A DNA stretch of 64,000 nucleotides from Patescibacteria group bacterium (GCA_050949525.1 JBMNFW010000001.1:335890-399889); one strand, 5' to 3'; positions 46,501 through 56,286 are shown, counted from the stretch's first letter. Notes: generated by a model not told the origin, from the letters alone. A program made the numbers and translations.

Positions 46501-47586
46501 ATGAAAATTGAATTAAAAGAAATTATGATTCGTGAATTAGCTGACGGATTTCAAGATAATGCCGAAGATGGTGTTATTGGCTATGGTGGCAGACTTGATA
46601 TTCGTCCGCCATATCAAAGAGAGTTTATTTATAAAGATAAACAAAGGGATGCTGTTATTGATACTATCACTAAAAAATTTCCACTTAATGTAATGTATTG
46701 GGCGGTGCGAGAAGATGGAAATTTTGAGATTATTGATGGACAACAACGCACAATTTCAATTTGTCAGTATGTCAAAGGTGATTTTTCAATTAATGGCTTA
46801 GCTTTTCATAATTTAACAAATGATAAACAAGAGCAAATTTTAAATTATAAACTTACCGTTTATCAATGTAGTGGAACAGACAGCGAAAAATTAGATTGGT
46901 TTAGAACTATAAATATTGCTGGTGAAAAGTTAACTGATCAAGAATTACGCAATGCTGTTTATTCTGGTTCTTGGGTAACTGATGCAAAGCGATATTTTAG
47001 TAAAACTGGGTGCGTTGCTTATCAAATAGGGAGTGACTATTTAAGTGGTACACCAATTCGTCAAGATTATTTAGAGACAGCTATTAAGTGGATTTCTGAT
47101 AATAAAATAGAAGACTATATGTCCGATCATCAACATGATCAAAATGCTGCTGCCTTGTGGCGATATTTTCAAGATGTAATAACTTGGATAGAAACTACTT
47201 TTGTCAAGAAAAGGACAAAATTTATGCGTAGCGTTGACTGGGGTGCTCTCTATAATGTTTATAAAGATGAAAAATATGATACAAAGAAAATTGAGGAGGA
47301 AACGGTTAAATTAATACTTGATGATGATGTCACAAAAAAGAGCGGTATTTATCCATATATCTTAACTCGTGATGAAAAATATCTTTCTATTCGCTCCTTT
47401 TCTGATGCTACGAAACAAGAAGTTTATGAGGAGCAAAAAGGTATTTGTGTAAAATGTAAGAAGAAATTTGAGCTAGAAGAAATGGAGGCTGATCATATAA
47501 CTCCTTGGCATGAAGGAGGGAAGACAATAAAGGAAAATTGTCAGTTATTATGTAAAAATTGTAATAGACGAAAGTCTGGTAAATAA
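46501..47586 (+). CDS. DUF262 (ParB/GmrSD-N-like) plus HNH endonuclease
   Basis: DUF262 motifs RPPYQREFIY and IIDGQQRT. The C-terminal HNH is ADHITPWHEGGKTIKENCQLLCKNCNRRKS. Confidence 0.8.
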   Translation: MKIELKEIMIRELADGFQDNAEDGVIGYGGRLDIRPPYQREFIYKDKQRDAVIDTITKKFPLNVMYWAVREDGNFEIIDGQQRTISICQYVKGDFSINGLAFHNLTNDKQEQILNYKLTVYQCSGTDSEKLDWFRTINIAGEKLTDQELRNAVYSGSWVTDAKRYFSKTGCVAYQIGSDYLSGTPIRQDYLETAIKWISDNKIEDYMSDHQHDQNAAALWRYFQDVITWIETTFVKKRTKFMRSVDWGALYNVYKDEKYDTKKIEEETVKLILDDDVTKKSGIYPYILTRDEKYLSIRSFSDATKQEVYEEQKGICVKCKKKFELEEMEADHITPWHEGGKTIKENCQLLCKNCNRRKSGK

Positions 47587-47981
47587 AAGTGTTATAATTT
47601 TATATAAAACTATTCATTTAAATAAACCTAGATATATTTTGAAAATAAAGGTTGTTACGATTATTTATAAAGAAAAAAGGAAGAATTTTTTTTCAATAAA
47701 AAAGAGGTGATTAAGTATTTTTAATAAGTTAAGTTTTTTTAAGTCAATTTTAAATAGATTTATGGCGTAATAATAGCATTAACTTATTTTTTATAGAATA
47801 AAATTATTAAGCTAAAGATATAATTAATATATGATAAACTCTTGGGAAATTTTTAAGTCTATTCTTAAGAGAAATTAAGATTTGAATTAGAATTTAAGAA
47901 GTATTAAAAATATTAATCCCTTGTTTTTTATCCTTGAAAATGTTAATATTTTGTTATAATAATATTAATTAAAATAATCGT

Positions 47982-49310
47982 ATGCCTTTAAACAACCCTC
48001 CTATTAAACCTAATCCTTCAAAAAATAAAGAAGATCTAGAAGCTATAAAAGAAGGTTTAGAAAATATGCAATCTCAATCAGCGCCGGATAATTTTTCTGA
48101 CCATGAAGACCTAGATTCTAAAAAAGAATTTTTTTGCTTAATGTCCGAAAAAATAAAAGAAGATCCTAGTGAGCCTGATCTAGAGCAAGTTAAGAGTGTA
48201 TCTGATTCTCGATTATCATTTTATCGAAAGGTAGTTGGTAAATTTTCTTTTTTAGTTTTAATTCTTCTTCTCCTTCTAGCTTATTTATCTCTAGGAAAAG
48301 TTAAAATTACAGTTTCTAGTGATCGAGAAACTATTAAAGATAGCTTGAATTTTTATACTTATAGTGATAATGGTCAATTCAATTTAGATCGAGCTATAAA
48401 AGCTAATATTAATACTGTTGAATTAGAAACAGAGATGACTTTTGAGAGTAGTGAAGAAGAGAAACAGGGTGGAGAGATTGTTGGGAAAGTTAAAATTATT
48501 AATGAGCATACTAAAAATCAACCTTTAGTAGCTACCACTAGATTACTTAGTCCTAATGATGAATTGTTTCGGATAAAAAATACTGTTAATGTTCCTGCTG
48601 GCGGGTCAGTGGAAGTTGAAATTTATGCTGATGAAGATGATCCTAAATTAGCCTTAGGACCGAGCACTTTTACTATTCCTGGTTTATGGGCTGGTTTACA
48701 GGATAAAATTTATGCTGTTAGCTCGGAAGCTTTTGAGTTTAAGACTGAGGTTAAGCGTGTAGTTTCTAGTCAGGATATAGTTAAAGCTCAAACTGCTTTA
48801 CGAGAAGAAATTTTAAAAATAGCTCAAGAAAATAATCCTAGCCAGAAGGGAATTAAAAATATCTATAATCTAGATTCAGAAAATTCTAGTATAAAAATTG
48901 GGGCTAATATTGATGATGAAGTTGAAGAGTTTAAAGGTAATATTAAAGCTCGGATTAATATTATTAGTATTAATCTTGATGATTTATTAAAAATTATTAA
49001 ACAAAGATTAGCTATTCTAGACTTTGATCAAAATTTATCTGAAGTTGATACTGAGACCTTAGAGTTTGAATTATTAAATTTTAATAGTGAAAAAACTTTA
49101 GCTGAGTTTCAGGTTAATTTTATCGCTTATACCAGATCTAAAGAGCGTGGTATGCTTAATAAAAAACACTTAGTAAGTTTAAATGAAAAGCAAATTAAAG
49201 CTTACTTAGATGGTATAGATAATTTAAAATCATATGAACTAGAATTTTGGCCTAGCTTTATTAAAAGAGCTCCAATGTTATCTAGTCGTATTGATATAAT
49301 TTATGAATAA
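47982..49310 (+). CDS. Hypothetical membrane-anchored protein
   Basis: An acidic, disordered N-terminus, one TM helix (FSFLVLILLLLLAYLSL) and a large C-terminal domain. An extended -10 TGTTATAAT lies upstream. Confidence 0.55.
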   Translation: MPLNNPPIKPNPSKNKEDLEAIKEGLENMQSQSAPDNFSDHEDLDSKKEFFCLMSEKIKEDPSEPDLEQVKSVSDSRLSFYRKVVGKFSFLVLILLLLLAYLSLGKVKITVSSDRETIKDSLNFYTYSDNGQFNLDRAIKANINTVELETEMTFESSEEEKQGGEIVGKVKIINEHTKNQPLVATTRLLSPNDELFRIKNTVNVPAGGSVEVEIYADEDDPKLALGPSTFTIPGLWAGLQDKIYAVSSEAFEFKTEVKRVVSSQDIVKAQTALREEILKIAQENNPSQKGIKNIYNLDSENSSIKIGANIDDEVEEFKGNIKARINIISINLDDLLKIIKQRLAILDFDQNLSEVDTETLEFELLNFNSEKTLAEFQVNFIAYTRSKERGMLNKKHLVSLNEKQIKAYLDGIDNLKSYELEFWPSFIKRAPMLSSRIDIIYE

Positions 49311-49782
49311 TATGAAAAATTTTGAAACTATAGTAACAAATACTCATCCTGATTTAGAAAAAGTTTGTTCTGCTAAATCAAGACCAGTAATTAATGCTAT
49401 TACTGAGGATCGTAATAATTATCGCGTTAATACTCCTCGAGTTATTAGTAAATTAGAAAAATCTATTTCTGAAGCACTTGATAATCTAAAATTAGAGGAC
49501 ACCGAAGAAAATCGAGATAGGATATCTAATCAAATCCTTAAACGAGCTATTGAGGCGATAGCTATTGATCAGGCGATGGGTAAGATTTCATCTTTCTCTA
49601 ATTTAGAAGATACCTATTTAGATATATTAGAAGGGGAAATATTGAATCGGCCTGATATTAAAGATTTAGTATCTGATTTCAGTGATTTAATTAAATTAAT
49701 TGACGAGGTCGATGAAAAAGAAATTTTAGACAAAGATAGCCGTTCTCGTTTAATTGATAAATTATCTTCAGAGCTTTTTTAG
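49303..49782 (+). CDS. Hypothetical acidic protein
   Basis: ORF overlapping the upstream gene by 8 nt. I recognise no family. Confidence 0.45.
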   Translation: MNNMKNFETIVTNTHPDLEKVCSAKSRPVINAITEDRNNYRVNTPRVISKLEKSISEALDNLKLEDTEENRDRISNQILKRAIEAIAIDQAMGKISSFSNLEDTYLDILEGEILNRPDIKDLVSDFSDLIKLIDEVDEKEILDKDSRSRLIDKLSSELF

Positions 49783-49788
49783 CTTTTT

Positions 49789-50484
49789 ATGAGTAGTAAA
49801 TTAAAAGATTTAGAAAAAACTCTTTTGAAAAATAGGGACGAGTCTCAGGCTAAAATTTTAGCTCGATATTTTCAAACTGGACCGGGTCAATATGGTCAGG
49901 GCGATGTTTTTCTTGGAATAAGTGTCGCTCAACAAAGAGCTATTGTAAAAAATTTTTTTGATTTAAGTTTAATTGATTTAGAATCCTTATTAAAATCCAA
50001 GATTCATGAATTTCGTTTTACCGCTCTTTTAATAATGATTAATCAGTATCAGTCGGGAGAGAAGAAAATTGTTAAATTATATCTAAAAAATTTAAAATAT
50101 ATTAATAATTGGGATTTGGTAGATCTAAGTGCTCATCAAATTTTAGGGCCCCATTTTTTTAAAATTAATCGTCGTCCTTTAGAAGATTTGGCTTTAAATG
50201 ATAATCATTGGATTCGTCGTATCGCTATAATTACTACTTATTATTTTATCAAACGGGGAGATTTTAAGACTACTTTTAAAATAGCTTCTAAGCTTTTTAA
50301 GGATGACTTTTTCTTAAATCATAAAGCCCTAGCTTGGATGTTAAGGGAAGTTGGAAATCGAGATGAGGCTAGTTTGATTAAATTTTTAGAGGATAATAAA
50401 ACTAAGATGTCACGATTAAGCTTAAGAATTGCTACTCAAAAATTATCGGACAGTAAAAGAAAAAAGTTTTTAAAAAATGACTAA
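49789..50484 (+). CDS. DNA alkylation repair protein (AlkD/AlkC-like HEAT repeat)
   Basis: ARYFQTGPGQYGQGDVFLGI, NNWDLVD, WIRRIAI and LAWMLREVG match the DNA_alkylation family pattern. Confidence 0.75.
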   Translation: MSSKLKDLEKTLLKNRDESQAKILARYFQTGPGQYGQGDVFLGISVAQQRAIVKNFFDLSLIDLESLLKSKIHEFRFTALLIMINQYQSGEKKIVKLYLKNLKYINNWDLVDLSAHQILGPHFFKINRRPLEDLALNDNHWIRRIAIITTYYFIKRGDFKTTFKIASKLFKDDFFLNHKALAWMLREVGNRDEASLIKFLEDNKTKMSRLSLRIATQKLSDSKRKKFLKND

Positions 50485-51025
50485 ACAGATTGACAATTTA
50501 AAAAGAAAGATAATTCATTTAACTTCCGCTTTTATTATTTGTTTATTTCCTTATTTTTTTAATCTTCGTTTAATAATTATTATTTGTCTAGTCTTTTCAT
50601 TAATTTTTCTTTTAGCTCGATATTATAATTTTCTTTATATTATTAATAAAGTTAAACGTTATTCTTGGGGAGAAGTGTTTTATCCTTTAGGTATTGCTTT
50701 ATCAGCTATTATTTTTCTCCCTGATAATGTTTTAGCCTTTCAATTTGGTGTTTTAGTTTTAGGTGTATCTGATTTTTTAGCTAATATTATTGGCGATCTA
50801 TTTGGTAAACATCGAGTGGAGTTTTTGAAAGGAGCTAAAAGTTTAGAAGGTTCTTTGGCCTTTATTTTATCAACTTTGATTCTTTTTTCACTTTTTGGTC
50901 AAAGCTCTTCCTGGCTTATTCTTCCTTTTAGTTTTCTTTTAGCGGTAGTCGAATTTATACTTTTTTTTGGTTTAGATAATCTGTGTTTACCAGCTTTAGC
51001 AGCCTATCTTTTTACTTTAATATAA
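50477..51025 (+). CDS. CTP-dependent polyprenol/diacylglycerol kinase or CdsA-family membrane protein
   Basis: Multi-TM protein with VSDFLANIIGDLFGKHR...KSLEGSLAF, a CTP_transf_1/dolichol-kinase-like motif. Confidence 0.55.
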   Translation: MTKQIDNLKRKIIHLTSAFIICLFPYFFNLRLIIIICLVFSLIFLLARYYNFLYIINKVKRYSWGEVFYPLGIALSAIIFLPDNVLAFQFGVLVLGVSDFLANIIGDLFGKHRVEFLKGAKSLEGSLAFILSTLILFSLFGQSSSWLILPFSFLLAVVEFILFFGLDNLCLPALAAYLFTLI

Positions 51026-51038
51026 TTAAAATAAAATT

Positions 51039-51788
51039 ATGTCAAAAAAATTAGAACCCCATATTTTATGTGGTCCTGGAGATATTGCTCCTAATGTTAT
51101 TATACCGGGAGATCCAGGGCGAGTTTTACGAGTTTCTAAACTTCTCGATAGTGGAAAAGAAATATCTTTTAATCGTGAGTATCGTGTTTTTACTGGAAAG
51201 TATAAAGGTTGTCCAGTTACTATTTGTTCTAGTGGTATTGGTGGACCTTCAACTGCTATTGCGATGGAGGAGTTAATTAATCTAGGAGCTAAGAATTTTA
51301 TTCGACTAGGTTCTTGTGGAGCTAATCAAGCTAAAATCAAAGTTGGGGATTTAATAATTTCTGATAGTGTGGTACGGGCTGATCATACTAGTTTAGATTA
51401 TGTTCCTTTATCTTATCCAGCTATTACTGATCCAGATATTTTTCAAGCTTTAAAAATGGCTAGCTCAGAATTGAAATTAAAATATTATTGTGGCCCCACT
51501 GTTAGTGTGGATGCACTTTACTCTCCTCATATAAAAGAAACTAAGAATTTTTGGTTAAAATTTGGTACCTTAGCTCAAGATATGGAAGCTGGAACAGTGC
51601 TAACTTTAGCTCGAGTAAAAGGAGTTCGAGCTGGGGTTATTCTTTTAGTGGTGGATCGAGAAGCGGAAAAGGATGTTAAAGAAAAAATTGCTCAATATTC
51701 AGTTGAGGCTAAGAAAGGTCGGGGACCTTTAGTTAAATTAGAATCTCAGGCTGCTCAAGCCGCTCTCGAAGCTTTCTTAAAATTATGA
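51039..51788 (+). CDS. Nucleoside phosphorylase (PNP/UDP-1 family)
   Basis: GDPGR, SSGIGGPS, LGSCG and DMEA motifs of the DeoD/Udp/MtnP-like hexameric family. Confidence 0.75.
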   Translation: MSKKLEPHILCGPGDIAPNVIIPGDPGRVLRVSKLLDSGKEISFNREYRVFTGKYKGCPVTICSSGIGGPSTAIAMEELINLGAKNFIRLGSCGANQAKIKVGDLIISDSVVRADHTSLDYVPLSYPAITDPDIFQALKMASSELKLKYYCGPTVSVDALYSPHIKETKNFWLKFGTLAQDMEAGTVLTLARVKGVRAGVILLVVDREAEKDVKEKIAQYSVEAKKGRGPLVKLESQAAQAALEAFLKL

Positions 51789-52399
51789 GTGAAAAATATC
51801 AGGGAACTAAGTTTGAAACCGTTTATTGCGGCGAATTTAAACCCACTAAAAAAGAAATTTTCTTAATTGATAAATTGATTGAGGTGGGTAAAGAGTTGGC
51901 TCAATTAGGTTGTCAGGATAAGAATGGTGGAAATTTTAGTGTTAGAACTAAAGAGGCTATGATTATTAAAACTACTGGATCTTGGCCAGATAGATTAACC
52001 AGAGAAGATTTTGTTTTAGTTAGTGGTTTTAAGAAGAATCAAGTTTTTGTTAAAGGAAATCAGGAGCCCAGCTCTGAGGCTCGTCTTCATTGGGGTGCTT
52101 ATGAAGTTCGTTCGGATATTAATTGTCTTCTACATAGTCATGATTTTTTAGTTATAAATAGTTCAACAAGATTGAGAGATATTGGGTATATAAAAAACTA
52201 TCCCTATGGAACTATGGAATTAGCTCGAGCTGTTAAAAGATCAGCTAAAAAATGGGACTATATTATTATGAAAGATCATGGCGTTTTGTCTTTAGGTAAA
52301 GATATTAAGACAGCTTTTAAATTAATTAAAAAATATCATGAGAAGTTTAAAACAATTACAGAAGAAACTACCACTAAGTGTAGAGCTAAAAAAGAATAG
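51785..52399 (+). CDS. Class II aldolase/adducin-family protein
   Basis: GGNFSVR, EPSSEARLH and LLHSHD, the metal-binding His pattern of class II aldolases. Confidence 0.7.
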   Translation: MSEKYQGTKFETVYCGEFKPTKKEIFLIDKLIEVGKELAQLGCQDKNGGNFSVRTKEAMIIKTTGSWPDRLTREDFVLVSGFKKNQVFVKGNQEPSSEARLHWGAYEVRSDINCLLHSHDFLVINSSTRLRDIGYIKNYPYGTMELARAVKRSAKKWDYIIMKDHGVLSLGKDIKTAFKLIKKYHEKFKTITEETTTKCRAKKE

Positions 52400-53435
52400 T
52401 GTTAAAATTATTGATCAGGTTCAATTACCTGATCGTTTAAGGCTTTTAAATTTAAAAACCTATTCTGAGGCTATTAAAGCTATTAAAGAGTTTAATGTGC
52501 GTGGAGCTCAAGCTTTAGGTTCGGTTGGGGGTGGAGGATTATTCTTAGCTTCTCGGGCTTACAAAAAAAGTGATGTTGAAGATTTTAAAAAGTATTTAAA
52601 TCGAGTTGCTGAGGAGATTAATCAAGCTCGTCCCACAGCTAATAATCTTTCTTGGACGCTTAATTATTTAATGGAAAGAATAAAATCTAAAACTGTTTCA
52701 GGTATTAAGAATGATATTTATCGAAACTTAGATCAACTTTTAAAAAGTGAGATGAATAATAATTTTAAGATAGGGGCTCATGGTCAAAAATTAATTAAGA
52801 GTGGTTATAGAATTTTGACTCATTGTAATGCAGGTTCATTATCAGCTATTTGGTATGGTACGGCCACCGCTCCAATTTATAGCGCTTATTTAAAGGGAAA
52901 AAATATTTCAGTTTTAATTGATGAAACTCGTCCTTGGTTACAAGGTTCTCGTTTAACAGCTTGGGAAATGAAACAGGCTGGTATTCCATATCAGATTAAT
53001 ATTGATAGTGCCTCTGGCTTTTTAATGGCTAATGATTTAGTGGATATGGTGATAGTGGGTGCTGATCGTATTGCTTTGAATGGTGATACGGCTAATAAAA
53101 TTGGGACTTTTCCTTTAGCATTAATGGCTAAAAGATATAAGATACCTTTTTATGTAGCGGCTGTTAAAGCTACTATTGATTTTAGTATCAAAAATGGTTC
53201 AGCGATAAAAATAGAAGAACGTTCTGGAGCTGAAGTTTTGAAACATACTTCTTTTTGGGAAAATAGAAACTTATCTAAAAATCAAAGCGATAAATTTGAT
53301 CCTTTATTAGAAATTGCTCCTAAAGGTTCCAAAGCTTTTAATCCTGTTTTTGATGTTACCCCTGCTGATCTTATTACTGGCATTATTACTGAAGATGGTA
53401 TTAGTAAGCCGAGTGAGATTAAGAAATTAAAATGA
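52338..53435 (+). CDS. eIF-2B-family sugar-phosphate isomerase (MtnA, or ribose-1,5-bisphosphate isomerase-like)
   Basis: IIDQVQLP, VRGAQALG, THCNAGSL, VGADRIALNGDTANKIGT and FDVTPADLITGIITE. Confidence 0.8.
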   Translation: MRSLKQLQKKLPLSVELKKNSVKIIDQVQLPDRLRLLNLKTYSEAIKAIKEFNVRGAQALGSVGGGGLFLASRAYKKSDVEDFKKYLNRVAEEINQARPTANNLSWTLNYLMERIKSKTVSGIKNDIYRNLDQLLKSEMNNNFKIGAHGQKLIKSGYRILTHCNAGSLSAIWYGTATAPIYSAYLKGKNISVLIDETRPWLQGSRLTAWEMKQAGIPYQINIDSASGFLMANDLVDMVIVGADRIALNGDTANKIGTFPLALMAKRYKIPFYVAAVKATIDFSIKNGSAIKIEERSGAEVLKHTSFWENRNLSKNQSDKFDPLLEIAPKGSKAFNPVFDVTPADLITGIITEDGISKPSEIKKLK

Positions 53436-53893
53436 GAAAAATAAGTATTATAAGTTTAACGTCTTCTAAAAAAGATGCTTATCAAGATTTAGTTAAGGAA
53501 TATCAAAAAAGATTAAAACCTCACCTTGATTTAGAGTTAATTGAAATTCCGGCTTTAAGTTTTTCTTCAACTAATATTTCTGAAATTAAACGAAAAGAAA
53601 CTTTGAAAGTTTTAAAATTATTAGAGAAGAGAAGTGAGGCTGATATTTTTATTCTTTCTGAAGAGGGGGTTGAGTTAGATTCGGTTTCTTTTTCTCGTCA
53701 GATATTTAGCGATACTAAGCCCTTAGTTTTTATTATTGCTGGATCTTTAGGTTTTGATTTTTCACTTCTTAAGGCTTATCCTCGTTTATCATTATCTAAA
53801 ATGACATTTTTACACGACATGGCTCGATTAATACTTATAGAGCAGATTTATCGTGCTTGGGCTATAGAACGAGGAAAAACTTATCATTATTAA
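53432..53893 (+). CDS. rlmH: 23S rRNA (pseudouridine1915-N3)-methyltransferase RlmH
   Basis: SPOUT C-terminus: IIAGSLGF...LSLSKMTFLHDMARLILIEQIYRA...YHY. Confidence 0.85.
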   Translation: MRKISIISLTSSKKDAYQDLVKEYQKRLKPHLDLELIEIPALSFSSTNISEIKRKETLKVLKLLEKRSEADIFILSEEGVELDSVSFSRQIFSDTKPLVFIIAGSLGFDFSLLKAYPRLSLSKMTFLHDMARLILIEQIYRAWAIERGKTYHY

Positions 53894-54999
53894 ATTAGGG
53901 CTCGGATTAAATAGAAGGATCCTAGAAAAAGGAAAATTAGAGAAGCAATTAGGGTGAAGAGATTAATAAATTTAGGTGAAACTATTTTTATTCTCATAGT
54001 AAAGAAAGCAATTAAAAAGATAATAATTTCATCAAGAAGATAAAAGAAGATAAAAATAGATAAATATAGAATGGTAAGTGGAAAGGAAATATTAGCTTCA
54101 ACTAAAATTCCAGCAAAAAGAACTGGTAAGAGAGCTGAACAGGGAAATTCTACAATAGTAATAATAATGGCAAATAGTATTACTACGGTTGATAATATTA
54201 AAATATTTTTCTTTTTAGAGAATATTTTTTCAACTTTCGGTGATAATTTAGAAATAATACCATTAGAACTACAAGTAGCTCCTTGCTTTCTAGATTTAAA
54301 ATATTCTCGAGCTAAATATATTCCACCAATTATAGATAGTACGCCAATAAATATTTCCATGCTTTTAATATAGGGAGAAAGAATTAAAAAAAGCTGTTGC
54401 CACATGAAAATAAGAAGACCGTAAATTAATCCGGTAATTAGAATAAATAATCCTCCTAAGACTAATATTTTCTTTCTTGATTTTAAAACCATTACCAAGC
54501 CTAGAATAATAACCAAGGCTCCTAAGGAGCAAACATTAAAACCATCTACTACACCTAGAATTACTGCTAATACTGGTAAAGAAAATTGACTGATATCTTG
54601 TTCGCCCCACAAAGGAATTTTAATGGTTTTAGTGTTTAAATCTAGTTCTTGGTTTTTTATTTTATTTAATATTTCTTTTTTAGTATTATTGTCAAAGCCA
54701 ATAAAAAATTGATCTTCAATAAAAGTGGCCGGAATTAATCCTTGCTTGTTTTGCGGAACATTATATTTTGAATAATAATCACTGATTAACTCAATATTTT
54801 GAGAAAAATTATATTCTTTAACTTCTATTTGTGAATAATCTTTTTTTAAATTTTCTAAATATTGCTTTTCAGCTAAACAATGGGGACAGCTAGGACTAGT
54901 AAAAAGCTCTATATATAATTTTTCTTGAGCTTTTAGGGAGGATAAAGGAAAGAGTAGTAAAAGACTTAAAAAAAATAAAAAAGAAAATCTTGTTTTCAT
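53890..54999 (-). CDS. Secreted thioredoxin-like (CPHC) domain fused to a DsbD/CcdA-like membrane domain
   Basis: The start is taken at MKTRFSFLFF..., a classical signal peptide; the track ORF extends to 55023. It has the active site SCPHC and then about six TM helices. Confidence 0.6.
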   Translation of the reverse strand: MKTRFSFLFFLSLLLLFPLSSLKAQEKLYIELFTSPSCPHCLAEKQYLENLKKDYSQIEVKEYNFSQNIELISDYYSKYNVPQNKQGLIPATFIEDQFFIGFDNNTKKEILNKIKNQELDLNTKTIKIPLWGEQDISQFSLPVLAVILGVVDGFNVCSLGALVIILGLVMVLKSRKKILVLGGLFILITGLIYGLLIFMWQQLFLILSPYIKSMEIFIGVLSIIGGIYLAREYFKSRKQGATCSSNGIISKLSPKVEKIFSKKKNILILSTVVILFAIIITIVEFPCSALLPVLFAGILVEANISFPLTILYLSIFIFFYLLDEIIIFLIAFFTMRIKIVSPKFINLFTLIASLIFLFLGSFYLIRALI

Positions 55000-55057
55000 A
55001 TAAATAAAGTTTAGTTTTATCATCCTGATTATACTCTGTTAATAGTTTAAATTCAAC

Positions 55058-55366
55058 TTGACTTTTAAGAGTTATATGGTTTTCTATTTAGCCGTAGTGA
55101 ATTTTATTTTAATTAATATTTTTACATTCTTAAATGTCGGTGATCTAGCATATTCGCTAGCGGCCTCCATTTCCTTTTTATTTTTTTATAGCTTAGCTAT
55201 ATTAACTGAAAGGAAAGGAATAAAAGCTCTATTATTAATAACTTTTATTGCTACATTGTTTATTCTTGATCATCATCTTACAAGTATTGGAGTAATGGGT
55301 GCAATCACGATGATTGTTTACTCTGCCTTTTTCTTCTTTACTTGTAGTGAATTTGAGAAACTTTAA
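55058..55366 (+). CDS. Small multi-pass membrane protein, paralog of the 57247 gene
   Basis: The start is TTG 55058 or ATG 55076. The segment RKGIKALLLITFIATLFIL resembles PKGIIKALMLGIFIFLMFV in the 57247 product. Confidence 0.5.
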   Translation: MTFKSYMVFYLAVVNFILINIFTFLNVGDLAYSLAASISFLFFYSLAILTERKGIKALLLITFIATLFILDHHLTSIGVMGAITMIVYSAFFFFTCSEFEKL

Positions 55367-55368
55367 TT

Positions 55369-55398
55369 AAAGCTCTAGATAATTATAGAGCTTTTTTT
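55369..55398. terminator. Bidirectional terminator
   Basis: Stem AAAGCTCTA / TAGAGCTTT followed by a T-run, between convergent genes. Confidence 0.65.
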
Positions 55399-55413
55399 AT
55401 TTTAAATTTTTAA

Positions 55414-56286
55414 TTATTTTTTTAATTTTCCATATACTCCAAAGAGTAGATCTAAATCTTTTTCTGAGTCTAATAATAATTTATTATTAAAACTAACTAT
55501 TGATTCTAAAAAATTTAATGCTAGTTTATTTTGTTTATCTCTAAACTTACAATCTTTATACATTTCTACTAAAGCAGCCATGTCTTTAATAAAGCAATGT
55601 CCACCCGCTCCTCGACCTACTTTACCCACTAAACCTCCTTGATGCTTTATTTTTAAATGACTATGACCAATACGGGAATCATAACTCACCATTTCAGCTA
55701 CTTTATCATAATTAATACCATTTTCTTTGGCTAAATTAAAAATTGTGTTAGCAAATACAACTTTTATCATTAAAAAAGCATTACCCATATATTTCGCTAA
55801 CTCCGCTTCTTTACTAGGTATAATAAAATTGTGATCTGCTGGTGGTAGAATATCTAAAACTGACTTAGCCAGTTTTTGAGATTTTTTAGTATAGCCAACA
55901 ATATTTCTTTCTGGAAATTTGGTATCATTCTTAGCGTTTTTTTCAGTTAAAAATTCAGGAGAGTGTATTATGAATTTTTTAGGATATAATTTTTGAATTT
56001 TTTCTGTTGTACCAATTTTAATAGTTGATTTGATAATAGCGGTTTTTCCATCACCAACTAATTTTATAACATCTAATAAAATACTATCATCAAAACCTTT
56101 AGGAGTAGTTGGAGTGGGAACAGCGACAAAAACGAAATCACATTCAGCAATTTTTTCTTTATTATGAGCAAATTTATTTTTACTATAACGAACTATATTA
56201 TAACCACGTTCAGCAAAATCATCAGCCATATTTTTACCAATAAAACCTTGTCCAATAAAGCCAATTAATAATTTTTCTTTTTTCAT
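55414..56286 (-). CDS. Nucleotide-sugar (UDP-glucose/GDP-mannose) dehydrogenase family protein, short form
   Basis: N-terminal Rossmann motif IGFIGQGFIG, VPTPT, and the catalytic Cys context GGHCFIKD. Confidence 0.7.
   Translation of the reverse strand: MKKEKLLIGFIGQGFIGKNMADDFAERGYNIVRYSKNKFAHNKEKIAECDFVFVAVPTPTTPKGFDDSILLDVIKLVGDGKTAIIKSTIKIGTTEKIQKLYPKKFIIHSPEFLTEKNAKNDTKFPERNIVGYTKKSQKLAKSVLDILPPADHNFIIPSKEAELAKYMGNAFLMIKVVFANTIFNLAKENGINYDKVAEMVSYDSRIGHSHLKIKHQGGLVGKVGRGAGGHCFIKDMAALVEMYKDCKFRDKQNKLALNFLESIVSFNNKLLLDSEKDLDLLFGVYGKLKK

Noticed and set aside
52338-52399. The 62-nt overlap between the aldolase and isomerase ORFs, considered as a sign of a frameshift or fusion.
   Set aside because: Both proteins have complete family motifs at normal lengths. 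The isomerase frame has no alternative downstream ATG before the conserved IIDQ region, so the overlap is accepted as real. A non-ATG internal start cannot be excluded.
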